Of a DNA stretch of 64,000 nucleotides, positions 13,590-24,847 are shown piece by piece. Both the position numbers and the translations under genes were made by a program. The stretch is from Schmidtea polychroa (Eukaryota), in contig CM097885.1 in NCBI GenBank assembly GCA_044892525.1, positions 190,216,001 to 190,280,000 of the forward strand, read 5' to 3'. The stretch's first letter is position 1; the number at the start of each line of letters is the position of its first letter. Under the pieces are notes generated by a model. That model saw only the letters and a program-made list of their open reading frames with translations, was not told the origin of the DNA and did not search any database.

Positions 13590-14760
13590 TGTTTTACACA
13601 TGTTTTCATTCATATATTCCCATGTTTTCATTCTTATATTCCCATGTTTTCATTATTATATTCCCATAAAAATGAATAAATGTTAACATATATTTAAATA
13701 TTTATATAAATAAAAAACTATCAAAACAATTTATAAACAAAAATTTATAAACGCATATTCAGATAAAAACTCTCGCATTGATTAGAATAATCCGTTCCTG
13801 CTGTTAATAGATTATCTAAACATATTTCGATTGTTCTTTCTGTGTTATTTAATCGTAAACCATGAAAACGTGATTTAATCCTAGAAAAAAATTCTTCTAT
13901 TGGGTTAAGTTCTGGTGAATAAGGCACAAGATATGTTATTGGTATTTGCAAATCCGAAGAAGTTCGCAATACGGTAGAAGATTTGTGAATTCTCGCATTG
14001 TCCATAACTAAAATTTTATGAGGATACCTTCTAAAATATGGCGATAGCTCTTAGTGTAATATAGTTTATAAAACTTTCTGAGTTATATGCACCAGTTTTA
14101 TATTCATATGCTATCACACCTTCATACCGAATAGCACACATTAAACTTATATTAGTGCCTTTATTGGCCCGCACTTGCACATATGCTTTAACATTTTCAG
14201 CAGAATAACCATAATATCTGCGTGAATGTTGATTAAATCCAGTTTCATCCAAAAAAATTATATTTTCATTGTTTATTCTGGATATTTCAGATGCATAAAT
14301 TGCTCGAGCACCAATATTTCACTCTATTGGTACCAATGTCAACCTCTTTCTACTCAATCCTATTTTCCTGATTTTTCGACTGATTGTAGGCAAGCTTAGA
14401 GTCACATTATGTCTTGAATGATATTTTTGACCTCGTATTGAACATGCGAATTTTCGATCGCAAAAACTTGAAAATGGTCTGTTCTACTTCTGAGAAATTG
14501 TTGTTTCTGGTCAAGATTGTGTTGGACCTTTTCTCTGCAGCAGGAACAAAAGGTTCATTATTTTCGTGCTGTTTTATTATTTTCCCGACAGTCTTTCTCT
14601 CTAGACTTACTATTCTGCTGATCTCAGCTATACTATGTCGATTTGTTGCATATAAAGTGCAAACCAAATCAAATAATTCTCGAGTTACGGTTTTACTTGT
14701 TTTCCTCTCCATTTATAAAATTAATTAAGTTTTTAAGATTTTTATTGAATAATTCTGTTT
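13590..14760 (-). mobile_element. Tc1/IS630-family transposon, degenerate
   Basis: HTH-like N-terminus (14407-14712), FLDETGF, VMDNARIH and YSPELNPIEEFF (DDE triad). Subterminal CATATTCCCATGTTTT repeats at 13600-13670. Confidence 0.9.
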
Positions 14761-15904
14761 CATAAACGGGAAAAATCCCCAGACTCAAAATAGCCACAAT
14801 ACACTCATTAATTGTCGAATAAAATGGTGTTCTTGTAAAGAACTTTGGTTAAAATTAACAATTTTATTAATTCTAAAATATGGCTATTCTTTAGAAAACA
14901 TTGATACTTTTAGCTAGTCACATTATCTATGAAGTATTATCATTCTACTTAACAATGTTCAATTGAGAAGTAAATACCTATTCTAACTAACTCAAATCCC
15001 TTAATTCTATTACTTATAAAGTATTATTATTCTACTTAACAATGTTCATTTGAAAAATAAATGCCCAAAATCTCGATCTACCTCTACATATGCTTCTATT
15101 CATTTTTATATTCATTATAGTCACTTAATTTTATTATTTATAAAATATAATCATTCTAGTTAGTAGTTTTAATCTACAAAAATAACCCTTAAAAAGCTCG
15201 ATCTACCCCTATAGCTGCCTCTATCCCTTATTATCCCTTAATTATAGTGTAGATAATGCGCTCACTTTTTGTGGGCACTCACGCATTTGATGCATTACCA
15301 ATGTTGATTGCTCAACGGGTATCAAGCGGAGAAATGTTGTTGTATTCTGGGTTACGCTGAAAGCGCACGATGAGGTAAAATGTATGCTTACCTGTAACCC
15401 ACCAGCTGTTTCCATAATTCAAATTTATTAATTTGTTTGAATATTTTATTTAATGAATAAGAGTCTTCGCTTGAAATTGATGACATCATTTATGAAAAAT
15501 TCATCTTATTTAATTTGATTGGGAATGAAAACTTGAATTTAATTGGTTTTCAGGAAAATTAATTTTAAAATTATGAAACATTTGAACTGGTCTGAAAGAC
15601 ATTTTTGTAAATATGACTAATTTTCACCGAGCTCTTTTTTATAGTGTTATTGTCCAATCAGATTCATGCATGTGCGTTGCAATTTAACTGCAATGACTTC
15701 CTTTTCGATTTGTAAATGCAAGTTATTTTTTATTGGTATTTCTATTATTACTATGTCTCTATTATTATTATTATTATTAATATTATCATTATTATTTTTA
15801 ATACTATTATTTTTAATACTATTTCAAAGATAAGTCAAAGCAAATAATAATAATAATAATAATAATAAAACATATTAAACCTTGTTGAAATTAAAATTTT
15901 TCAA

Positions 15905-16129
15905 TTACCTTCGTAGAACCCATACATTGTAAGATCTCTGCCTATCACAAGATTCACAACGATATGTGCGTTGATATGGATTTTCCCGCGCATTAATATC
16001 TTCATTAGGCGTAGTCCAATGTTGAAACACGATTTCAAATAGGTCAATCCCTGTACGACCTCGAAGTCTCTGACAATAACTCTGTAGCTGTGCTGGATAA
16101 AACCAACCGAAGTTCTGGGTATAGATCAT
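15905..16129 (-). CDS. Candidate exon of an unknown gene
   Basis: GC-richer 74-codon frame with CESC, ending at a canonical AAG|GTAATT donor and flanked by AAT microsatellite. No family recognised. Confidence 0.3.
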   Translation of the reverse strand: MIYTQNFGWFYPAQLQSYCQRLRGRTGIDLFEIVFQHWTTPNEDINARENPYQRTYRCESCDRQRSYNVWVLRR

Positions 16130-16652
16130 CCATTTTCCTCAGAATTTCCAATGATAATGATTAAATAAAATAATCAATATAATAATAGTGATGAGAGATC
16201 CGAATAAATGTTTGATAATTGAGGCCAAAATAATAATAAAATCCAAATGGAATGTCCGATAAATTTAAATTGAGACCAAAAATAATGATATCCAAATGGA
16301 ATGTCCGATAATAAAGTAAATTAAATAAAATATCTATTATTTAAATAATAAAGTGAAATATCCGTTAACTTGAGTAAGAGCGAAAATGCAATAAATATAA
16401 TCATGATTTCAATACGTGACTCAGAATATATATGTATGTATAAATAACATATATGTAAAATAGGTAATATCAAATAGCAAAATAATGAAATTAAACATCA
16501 TGAAAATCCCAAGCATCGAACTTCGATGTTTGAGGCTCCTATCATAAATTATCATAACCGCCTACAGCGTTGGCGTAACCAACGGATATGCTAATTTTGA
16601 GTATATTAAATGCCTCGAGTTAGTGGTGAATCAAATATGACGAATCAAATAT

Positions 16653-16813
16653 NNNNNNNNNNNNNNNNNNNNNNNNNNNNNNNNNNNNNNNNNNNNNNNN
16701 NNNNNNNNNNNNNNNNNNNNNNNNNNNNNNNNNNNNNNNNNNNNNNNNNNNNNNNNNNNNNNNNNNNNNNNNNNNNNNNNNNNNNNNNNNNNNNNNNNNN
16801 NNNNNNNNNNNNN
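16653..16813. other. Assembly gap (N run)
   Basis: Run of N. Confidence 1.
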
Positions 16814-17906
16814 TACATTCCTAGTGTGAGCTATTGTATAGAGTTTTAATGTTGATTTTGATTGTGTACTGCATTTAAGTCAGAAAGAGTGCCTGCTTAC
16901 ACAGCCCCACTGTGACCGCTACGACAAGCCTTACTGTTGTATGGAGTCGACATTCCACTGTCGACCTATAATAAGTAGATTGAGTCATAACGGAGGGGTT
17001 TTATCGACTCAACTCCATGGCAGAACCATGAAGTGGACGACCTCCGATGACCGAACAGCAAAAATTACATATAGACACTGGCATAGATACTGCATGGCTG
17101 CGTGCTAGTGATTTTAAATTGTAGTTGCATAGTTGAACGCAGAACTGAATAGAGACGCAGATAAATCAATGCGTCTATGAACACTCTTACATTCAACACA
17201 AAAGCAAAAAATATTTAAAAATTGTTATAAATTGTAATCGAATCAATAAACATAAACATAGTATATAATAACAAAGGCTTACTATCGAGGGTTTTCTTCA
17301 AATGAATTTATTACAAAAAGTAATTTGGCATAAAGAATGTTTTTGTCACTAAAATGCATCGGTATATATACCTATTTTTGTGTGTGCAATACATGTGTAT
17401 GTATTGATGCATTAAAACAAACTCGAATTCTTTCTATTCTGGAATTTTCTATTTTTGATGATTTTAATGACAATTTTAGTGCCATAATTTTTATTCTTTA
17501 ATTATTTTTTGTTAAATTTGCCTCCATGATGGATTTGCAGCAATTCCAGAACATTCCATATTAAATTAAAGTTAATTTTTATTTTAATGATGTTTTTCCT
17601 AAATTCTTTTTTCAAATTTTTATTTTTAAAACTAATTAGTTTATTTTTATCAACTTTTGTTGATTTACATAACTTTTATGATGGATGCCGCCATTTTATA
17701 ATTTGTCTGGAATTTCTTCTAGAATTTAGTATTTTACTATATCATTATATATATCATTTTCTATATCATTCGAGTCTGTTTTCTGTACTTTTATGTTTCT
17801 CTGTTGTATTTGAGTTAGCTTTCTTGCAATACTTCTTGCATTTGTGAGATTTTAGTTAATTTCAGTGTTTTTATTTTTTGTTGTCTTTCTCTTTGTTAAT
17901 ATGGTT

Positions 17907-20106
17907 TATTTGATGTTTTTTATCTTTATATTTAACTAAACTTATTGCTATTATTGCGTGCTATGTACCAACACACTCTAGTCACAAAATAAAGTTTTGG
18001 GTCTAGAAATCAGTTCTAGCCCAACAAATTGAAGAATCTCTTTTGGTTCAGTTTTGGTCATTTTCTTGATGTTTGCATTTTTCGGTCGCAATAGTATAGT
18101 TTCTGCAGAAATCTCATACCATTCGTTTGATTCCCATAATCTAGGGCTATAATATAGAACTAGCGCTAAAATTGCTACTGTATTATTTATTTTTATTCTC
18201 TGAATTAATCTACTTCTATTTAAGCAAGGATGGGGAGTCGATTGGAAAACGATCGACTCCGAATCTCGACTCCTTTCAGTTTCATTAAGGCACTACTTGA
18301 TTCCGAAAATTGTTCACTGAAAAATTTGTTAACCTTTGAAATTTGATTGTCAAAATAAGTTAATTTTTTTAGATAGTTGTTCTACGTTACTCCGATAGAA
18401 GAAGCTTCAGGATATTNNNNNNNNNNNNNNNNNNNNNNNNNNNNNNNNNNNNNNNNNNNNNNNNNNNNNNNNNNNNNNNNNNNNNNNNNNNNNNNNNNNN
18501 NNNNNNNNNNNNNNNNNNNNNNNNNNNNNNNNNNNNNNNNNNNNNNNNNNNNNNNNNNNNNNNNNNNNNNNNNGTATCCAAGAAATTAGGTTAAACATAA
18601 TTAAATTAAAATAAAAATAAAACAAAACAAATTTAAGAATAAAATAGAATAGGATATAAGAAAAATAAAAAATTAGAAAATAAGAGTTAAAACAAAAAAT
18701 AAGGAAAATTGAAATAGGACAATAGAATGACAAAAAAATAACGTAAAATGTAGTAAATAATAAAGAAATTAAAGAAAATAAATAAAAAACACAATAAAAA
18801 TAAAGAAAATAGGAAAAAATAACTCAAAACCAAGAAAAATAAATTAAAGCAATAAAATTAAGCGGCACTCAATTCTGATTGGTCCGCACACATCAAAAAT
18901 TAATATATAAGGAAACACAAAAATTATAAACTTACAGTTAAACAACCAACTTTACAGGTAAGATAAATTTTAACAGTAACAGTTAAACAACCAACTTTAC
19001 AGGTAAACAGCAGCAACGTACGAGAATCAATCTAGAAACCAGGAGATATTGTCAAACAGTTAACAATCGACGTAAATTTCGAGTAACCATTTATTCGATT
19101 CGATACCTTCCGACTCAGCCTATAAATCTATACAAATTACTTGGTAAGGAATTTTCGATTTATGCTTTTATCTAAGTAATAGTAGTCATGTAATTTTATG
19201 AAATAATTATAATTTAAACTGAAAATAGTTTTTTCTTTTCGTTTGATTCCTAATGATAAATTTGCTAATTAGATGATTTAGTTATTTAATAAATGAATTA
19301 TTATGAACTTTTTATGATTGATTTTCATGCATTATTATTTAATGATTATAAATTTCCGAGAAACGTGGCGTTGAGAAACTCCATGTCATGGTATGAGGTG
19401 CCTTCGGGAGCTCAGCCGGTGGACATGGCGTTTTTCAATCACGCAGCTGATTCGGGCCGTAATGTGGGGGCTTCCTCACGGGTCCGTCGTTGAAGATGCG
19501 ACTAAAATATGTGAACAATACTGTAGAGAGATGGTAACTATCAAGCAATGGGAAGTGTAGTCATATGAGGAAAAATCTTGTTCGAGAGTTCGCACAGTGA
19601 TTGAGGGCGTCATACTATTGTCTTTGTCAAATTGAAATTGGTACTATCATCTGAAGATCTATACAGGATTTTCCGTTAAATCAGTCTGGACATCATTTGT
19701 AGCATATTATCTGCGTTCATGATTCCACTCGAAATTATTCCTGAAACCTTCAGCCTAAGGATCTTCACAACTGCTACTTTCATCATCTATATCCATCACG
19801 TGCAATCAACTTTGCTGCGTCTCTCTAAAAACCTACTTGTGGTGAATTGTGACAAACAAATAGTTCTCAAAAATAATAAACCATAAAATAATAAGGAATC
19901 TAGTCAGGAAAAATGTATTTATAAAAACAATCAAACATGTCATTCCCTTGTATATCGAATACCAAACGTTTGTGGCAACTGATGCAAAGTTGGGATGGGA
20001 GGTAACTGATCCGACAGACCCTCCATGGGAATAAAATCCGAGTCTTAGAGATGTCATAGAGGATGATGAAATATCCGCATTTCGTCGAATTGTATTTCCA
20101 GCGATA
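17907..20106 (+). repeat. Direct repeat copy 1 (of 29929-32034)
   Basis: Matches copy 2 from TATTTGATGTTTTTTATC to TATTTCCAGCGATA. Only two substitutions were noticed by eye. A 157-N gap replaces the 63-nt (TA)n-containing stretch of copy 2. Confidence 0.97.
18417..18573. other. Assembly gap (N run)
   Basis: Run of N, corresponding to 30439-30501 in the second repeat copy. Confidence 1.
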
Positions 20107-20227
20107 ATAATAAAATTAAAGATATAAATAAAGTAACTTTAATAATGGAGAAATAAGATAAAAGTAAAATAAAGTATAACGATTTAAAAGGAAAATGTTT
20201 GATGAAACAACCACTAATTAGTTATGT

Positions 20228-20740
20228 ATGACTAAAACATTTTTTTTAATAGACATGACGGAATTCGTGGACCAGATTCAACAACTAATCAACTTCATAA
20301 ACATCGAGAATAACTCCCTTAAAACGCTGACACAAAAGAGAGAAAGAATTAACATCATACTACTCCAAGCAATCGGGCAAACACCAGTCGTCCCCAACCA
20401 CATGTTATTAGCTGCAGGACTAAGTCACCCAGATGGGAAGATAAACCCTGAAACCGTGTATCAATGGTATCAAGAGAGATTGAACCACCCAGCATTAAAT
20501 CTTGATTATCAACGTATAAAAGATCCATTAAGTACCATATCAGATACAATCGAGCGAAAAATACAAGAAAAACTGACCCTACTACGAACTTGTCTTGCTT
20601 GTAAACGTCGTCCTATTCGCGTACTGTTCTTGCCGTGTGGACACCTCAGTCACTGCGAAGAATGTGTGAACAACTTAAAACGATGCACGATATGTAAGCA
20701 TGAGATAAAAGAAACTCATATGGTTTATTATGGTGAATGA
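20228..20740 (+). CDS. IAP-type C3HC4 RING protein without BIR domains (putative E3 ligase)
   Basis: C-terminal CLAC..VLFLPCGHLSHCEECVNNLKRCTIC..I (20591-20695) preceded by a coiled-coil-like IERKIQEKLTLLRT. AATAAA downstream near 20856. Confidence 0.85.
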   Translation: MTKTFFLIDMTEFVDQIQQLINFINIENNSLKTLTQKRERINIILLQAIGQTPVVPNHMLLAAGLSHPDGKINPETVYQWYQERLNHPALNLDYQRIKDPLSTISDTIERKIQEKLTLLRTCLACKRRPIRVLFLPCGHLSHCEECVNNLKRCTICKHEIKETHMVYYGE

Positions 20741-20963
20741 ATAGTTAAAGATACAGTAACATCTATGAACATTGAATTAATACGGGCGATCGAATGAGAT
20801 AAGTGTAATTGATGTGTGAAATTTTATTAAAGTTTTAATTTTTATTTTTATGACGAATAAATTTTTGTTATGAACTAAGTAATTATGGCTTTTAATTCTA
20901 TTTTTTTTTTGAATCAAACGAAAAGAAAACCGAACTAACGTGGAATTAGTCCCAATATAGGCT

Positions 20964-21918
20964 GTAAGGGTACAAACCGAGCCACCTTCGGGCGGTACGT
21001 TCTATCATACGAAAAACCAATTGGGAGGGGATAACCGATCAACCCAAGTAAGAAGCGTAGGGCGGGGTATCATCGCATATGATGAGAAGTTTCTGCGGCA
21101 TGTCTGATCACCATGCCAATGTAGAAATGGATCATCGCGATCGTCGTGCGTTTTGAGCAAGGGGGAAAGGGGACACACTCCCGAGCGGTAAAGATTAAGT
21201 CAACAAATTAAAAATAGACAGAGAAAATGATAATTCAGGGTAAAAGAGGAAAAGAGCAGTAGAAGCATGCAGAGTGGGGAATATTAAAGCCGAGCTGTTG
21301 AATAGTCCAGCCGGTCAAGGAAAATGAAAACTGAGCTGTGAAAAGTCCAGCCAGTTCGGAGATATTAAGATCGAGTTGTTGAATAGTCCAACCGATCAGA
21401 AGGAAGAAGATTGAGCTGTTGAATAGTGCCAGCCAGTCGTAAGATCGAGTTGTTGAATAGTCCAACCGATCAGAAAGAGGAAGATTGAGCTGTTGAATAG
21501 TGCCAGCCAGTCGTAAAGGCCTAGAAAAGCGAGAGATAGCAGTTGAGCTACAATGAGATAATATTTAAATTAATAGTGAAATGGAATATTAAAGCTAGCT
21601 AGAAACAAATTGAATGTAATTACGAAAATTTGAGTTTAGAGAGGAAATAAACGAGCTCGTGGAAAGGATGATAGGATTATAATGAAAAAGGAAGGGGAAG
21701 AAGGAAATGAATTAAAGAGATAATGGAAAATAAAGAATAGGTGAAATGATGATAATGAGTAAAGAGGAAAGTAACTAACTAATTAAAGGGATCCCAGTGA
21801 AGTAGAGAAACCCTACGAAATATTTTTGTTTTTGGTTAAATCGGGAAAATACATTTTTATTGGTTCCAGAGTAGAACCGAGCGAGATAATAGTAAATACG
21901 AAAAGTAAAATAGCGACA
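20964..21918 (+). mobile_element. Putative single LTR of the Gag-Env element
   Basis: Starts TGTAAGGG, contains a tandem enhancer-like array and AATAAA, and ends GCGACA directly followed by TGGCGC (weak PBS-like). It lies just upstream of the gag leader. There is no second copy in the window to confirm the ends. Confidence 0.4.
21292..21514 (+). repeat. Tandem array of GAG(C/T)TGTTGAATAGT(G)CCA(G/A)CC cores
   Basis: Six cores, including a 74-bp higher-order duplication (21367-21440 and 21441-21514). Confidence 0.9.
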
Positions 21919-22882
21919 TGGCGCAAAAGGATTAGAAAAACGAAGGGGGGTAACAAGCAGAGACCGACAACGACCTATTTATATTATAATTGATAGCGAA
22001 TAGATAATTATTACGACTTTATAGATAATTGTTACTACCCCATATAGATAATTTAAAATCGACGAAAAACGGGCTGATGGGAAATTATAACCCGCGGAAA
22101 GGATTTCACAAAAGATAGGGGAAGCACAAACAGAAACCTAAAAGGTGTCTGTGTTTGAATGTTGCAGAAAGAATGATGAAGTCGTGTAAGCAGATGCAAC
22201 ACGAGATCATTTTTTCATTTTAGATATCAAATCAAGCCAGCCAATCAAGCCAATCCAGAACCTGTACAAAAGGAATTCGAGGAAATCGACAATCGACCAA
22301 GAATAAATCCATTCAGAACCCGCACCAAGAAACCCAGCAACCGGAAGATTCCAGAACGGAGGAAGATACAGATAGCGACATCTCCAACTTCGAACGAATT
22401 ACCGATATATTCAACCTCATAGTATTAGCAGCCATCTGCCAAGGACTAGTAAATCCCCTCAGAATCTCAGTAGCAGATTCATACAGGATACTTTTCGAAG
22501 GAAACGCAATCAGATCCGAACTCTTCCGGTTCAGTAGCCGCTAATTACAAAGAAGCGTAAGAAAGGAATCACGGATAAACCCCATCTCAGATCATCAAGT
22601 AAGTCAGGCGACGTATTATTTTCAGGAGACGAATTACAACAACTCAAAAGAGGACGATCTATTAAACATCAAAGAGGAATATCACAAGGAGCAAGAAGAA
22701 CCAATCAAGTACCTATATTTGACCAAGAAAATCTCGGATACACCCCTAGTCGATCTCGAAGCAGGGAAAGTCTGTCCGATATCACTAACAGTTTAGCAAC
22801 GTCAACCGAAGAATTATCAGCCCAAAGTTTAGTCACATCGTTAGACAATTTAAAAGAAACAGACGAATCTAGAACACCAATC

Positions 22883-24847
22883 ATGACGAATGTCGTAAAA
22901 ACCGACGAGTATAAAGAGAAGTTCAGAGGAGAACCGTTCAATGGAAATGCAAACAAGTTAGCAACGTTCATAACAAATTTTGAAGTTTATATCACCGTGT
23001 GTGGATGGACACCCGAAGCAATTAGCAAAAGGATGCCGTTGTTTTTGTGCGATAGCGCATTAGAAGTATATCTAGAAGCTAAAGAGAGAGATACGAAATT
23101 AGAGAAGTGGGAAGATATCAAAACATTCTTGAAGAAAACCTTCGGAGCCAGTAAGCCAATCAACCAGGCGTGGGGCGAACTAGCAAATAGGAAACAAAGA
23201 GCGAACGAATCGATAACATTATATGCCAGTGAATTACGAAGGTTAGCGAAGAAAGCAATGAATGGGAAATTACCCGAGGAAAATCTGATCGGCTATTTCA
23301 TAGAGGGATTACGCCGAGAGGAGGTAAGAGCCTCAGTAGGTTGTCAAATGTGCAAAACGCTAGAGGAAGCCATAGACTGGGCTACAAGATGCGAGCTCCA
23401 CCTTCCAGCTCAAATGAATATTATGCAAGAGGATGGGAGGATAGCGACAGCAATAGCGAAAGCGGATAACGGAGATAACAACAATCAGGAACCGAAAATG
23501 AATCAATTTATACCAGGAGCGCATCAAATTTTTAAACCACCACAAGGACGATCAAATGGGAATAATGGTAATCGTAACAACTTGAATAATGAGAACAATT
23601 TTAATAATCGACGAAATATGAACGATAACAAGCAGTGCCGAACATGTGGTAAACCAGGACACTGGGACAGAGATTGTTATAGAAACGCAAATTGTAATCG
23701 TTGCGGACGACGTGGACATACGGAAAATAGATGCCAGTTGAGAGGTTGTTTTAACTGTGGTCAGCCAGGTCACATCTCCAGAGACTGCCGAGAAAGGGGC
23801 CAACCACAACGACCACCACAACGAAATACTAATTACATGTCGAACCCGCAACGACACAGTAACCCTAGCGAAGGAAAACAAATGAACGTTATGCAGGAAA
23901 TCTCACAAATGAAACAGATGATGCAACAAATGATGAGACCAAGACAAGAACCAGCACCACAACAAACCCAGAATATACGCATGATGAGGAGTACCGAAAA
24001 TCTCAATAGTTATGAAGTACATCAACATGTACAAGAATGGCAAAGACTACAGGCCGAGGAAGAGAGGATAAAACAAGAACGCAACCAACAACGACAAGAA
24101 CAACCATTGCGAATAAATATGATGAAGTTAGTAAAAGACATGAAAAGCCAGTACTGTTACAATTACGGGAAATACCCAAGGATAGTACCTATGACTGAAC
24201 CAGAAAAGGTAAAAGAAACAACAACGGAAACGAAAACAGAGAACTCAACCACGATCTTAAAAGGGAACCAGAGAATTAAGAAAATATTCTGGAAAAAGAT
24301 AAAAGATAAAATAGAAAAGAAACATGAAGAAACGGAAATAAGAATAAAAGAGGAAAACAACCAAAACAAGGAGCAAATCAGTCAGCTAAACCACCAAATG
24401 CTACAAGAATTGGAACCAGAAGAAACAACGATATTTGAAAGAAGGAAACTAAAGCGAGTACCACGGATGAGGAATCTGCGAATCAACATGATGAAAAGGA
24501 CAGAAGATGCGACATCGTCAGACGAAGAGGAAGACTATGTGAGCAGTTTGGGTGGAGAAATACTACAGCTAAACGAAACTAGCGAACCTCCAAAGGGGGA
24601 AATCAAAGAGGAAGAAAGCGAAAGCGAGATAACCAGTGAAAGTGAAGACGAGGATATCGAAATAAAGTTGAGAAAAGCGAGGGAGGAAACGATAAAACAA
24701 GTAGCTGAAATACTCCCGGTGGTAGTGAGAAACCAAGAGTTCATCGATGTAATACCATTCAGGCGATTCGTACAAAAAGTGATGACATTGGAAAGAAACG
24801 AGAAAGATTTAATACCAAGCGAAGAAAAGTTGATAATAAAAAAGTAA
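22883..24847 (+). CDS. Ty3/Gypsy-type Gag (capsid plus three CCHC knuckles) with a long Q/E/K-rich extension
   Basis: Retrotransposon capsid pattern (FNGN..F..NFE..W..L..F..L..RKQ..ES...Y..EL..L....FIEGL). Knuckles CRTCGKPGHWDRDC, CNRCGRRGHTENRC and CFNCGQPGHISRDC. The frame is open back to 22538. Confidence 0.95.
   Translation: MTNVVKTDEYKEKFRGEPFNGNANKLATFITNFEVYITVCGWTPEAISKRMPLFLCDSALEVYLEAKERDTKLEKWEDIKTFLKKTFGASKPINQAWGELANRKQRANESITLYASELRRLAKKAMNGKLPEENLIGYFIEGLRREEVRASVGCQMCKTLEEAIDWATRCELHLPAQMNIMQEDGRIATAIAKADNGDNNNQEPKMNQFIPGAHQIFKPPQGRSNGNNGNRNNLNNENNFNNRRNMNDNKQCRTCGKPGHWDRDCYRNANCNRCGRRGHTENRCQLRGCFNCGQPGHISRDCRERGQPQRPPQRNTNYMSNPQRHSNPSEGKQMNVMQEISQMKQMMQQMMRPRQEPAPQQTQNIRMMRSTENLNSYEVHQHVQEWQRLQAEEERIKQERNQQRQEQPLRINMMKLVKDMKSQYCYNYGKYPRIVPMTEPEKVKETTTETKTENSTTILKGNQRIKKIFWKKIKDKIEKKHEETEIRIKEENNQNKEQISQLNHQMLQELEPEETTIFERRKLKRVPRMRNLRINMMKRTEDATSSDEEEDYVSSLGGEILQLNETSEPPKGEIKEEESESEITSESEDEDIEIKLRKAREETIKQVAEILPVVVRNQEFIDVIPFRRFVQKVMTLERNEKDLIPSEEKLIIKK

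Noticed and set aside
15380-15410. U1 snRNA or hammerhead ribozyme
   Set aside because: CTTACCTG is present but the U1 stems and Sm site are not. The hammerhead CTGATGA/GAAA core is not correctly formed.
21292-21514. CRISPR-like array
   Set aside because: The spacers are short, purine-rich and themselves duplicated, there are no cas genes, and the context is eukaryotic.
21860-21935. Definite primer-binding site (TGGTTCCAGAG or TGGCGCAAAAGG)
   Set aside because: Only about 7 nt agree with tRNA 3' ends I can recall, and host tRNAs are unavailable. Kept only as weak support for the putative LTR.
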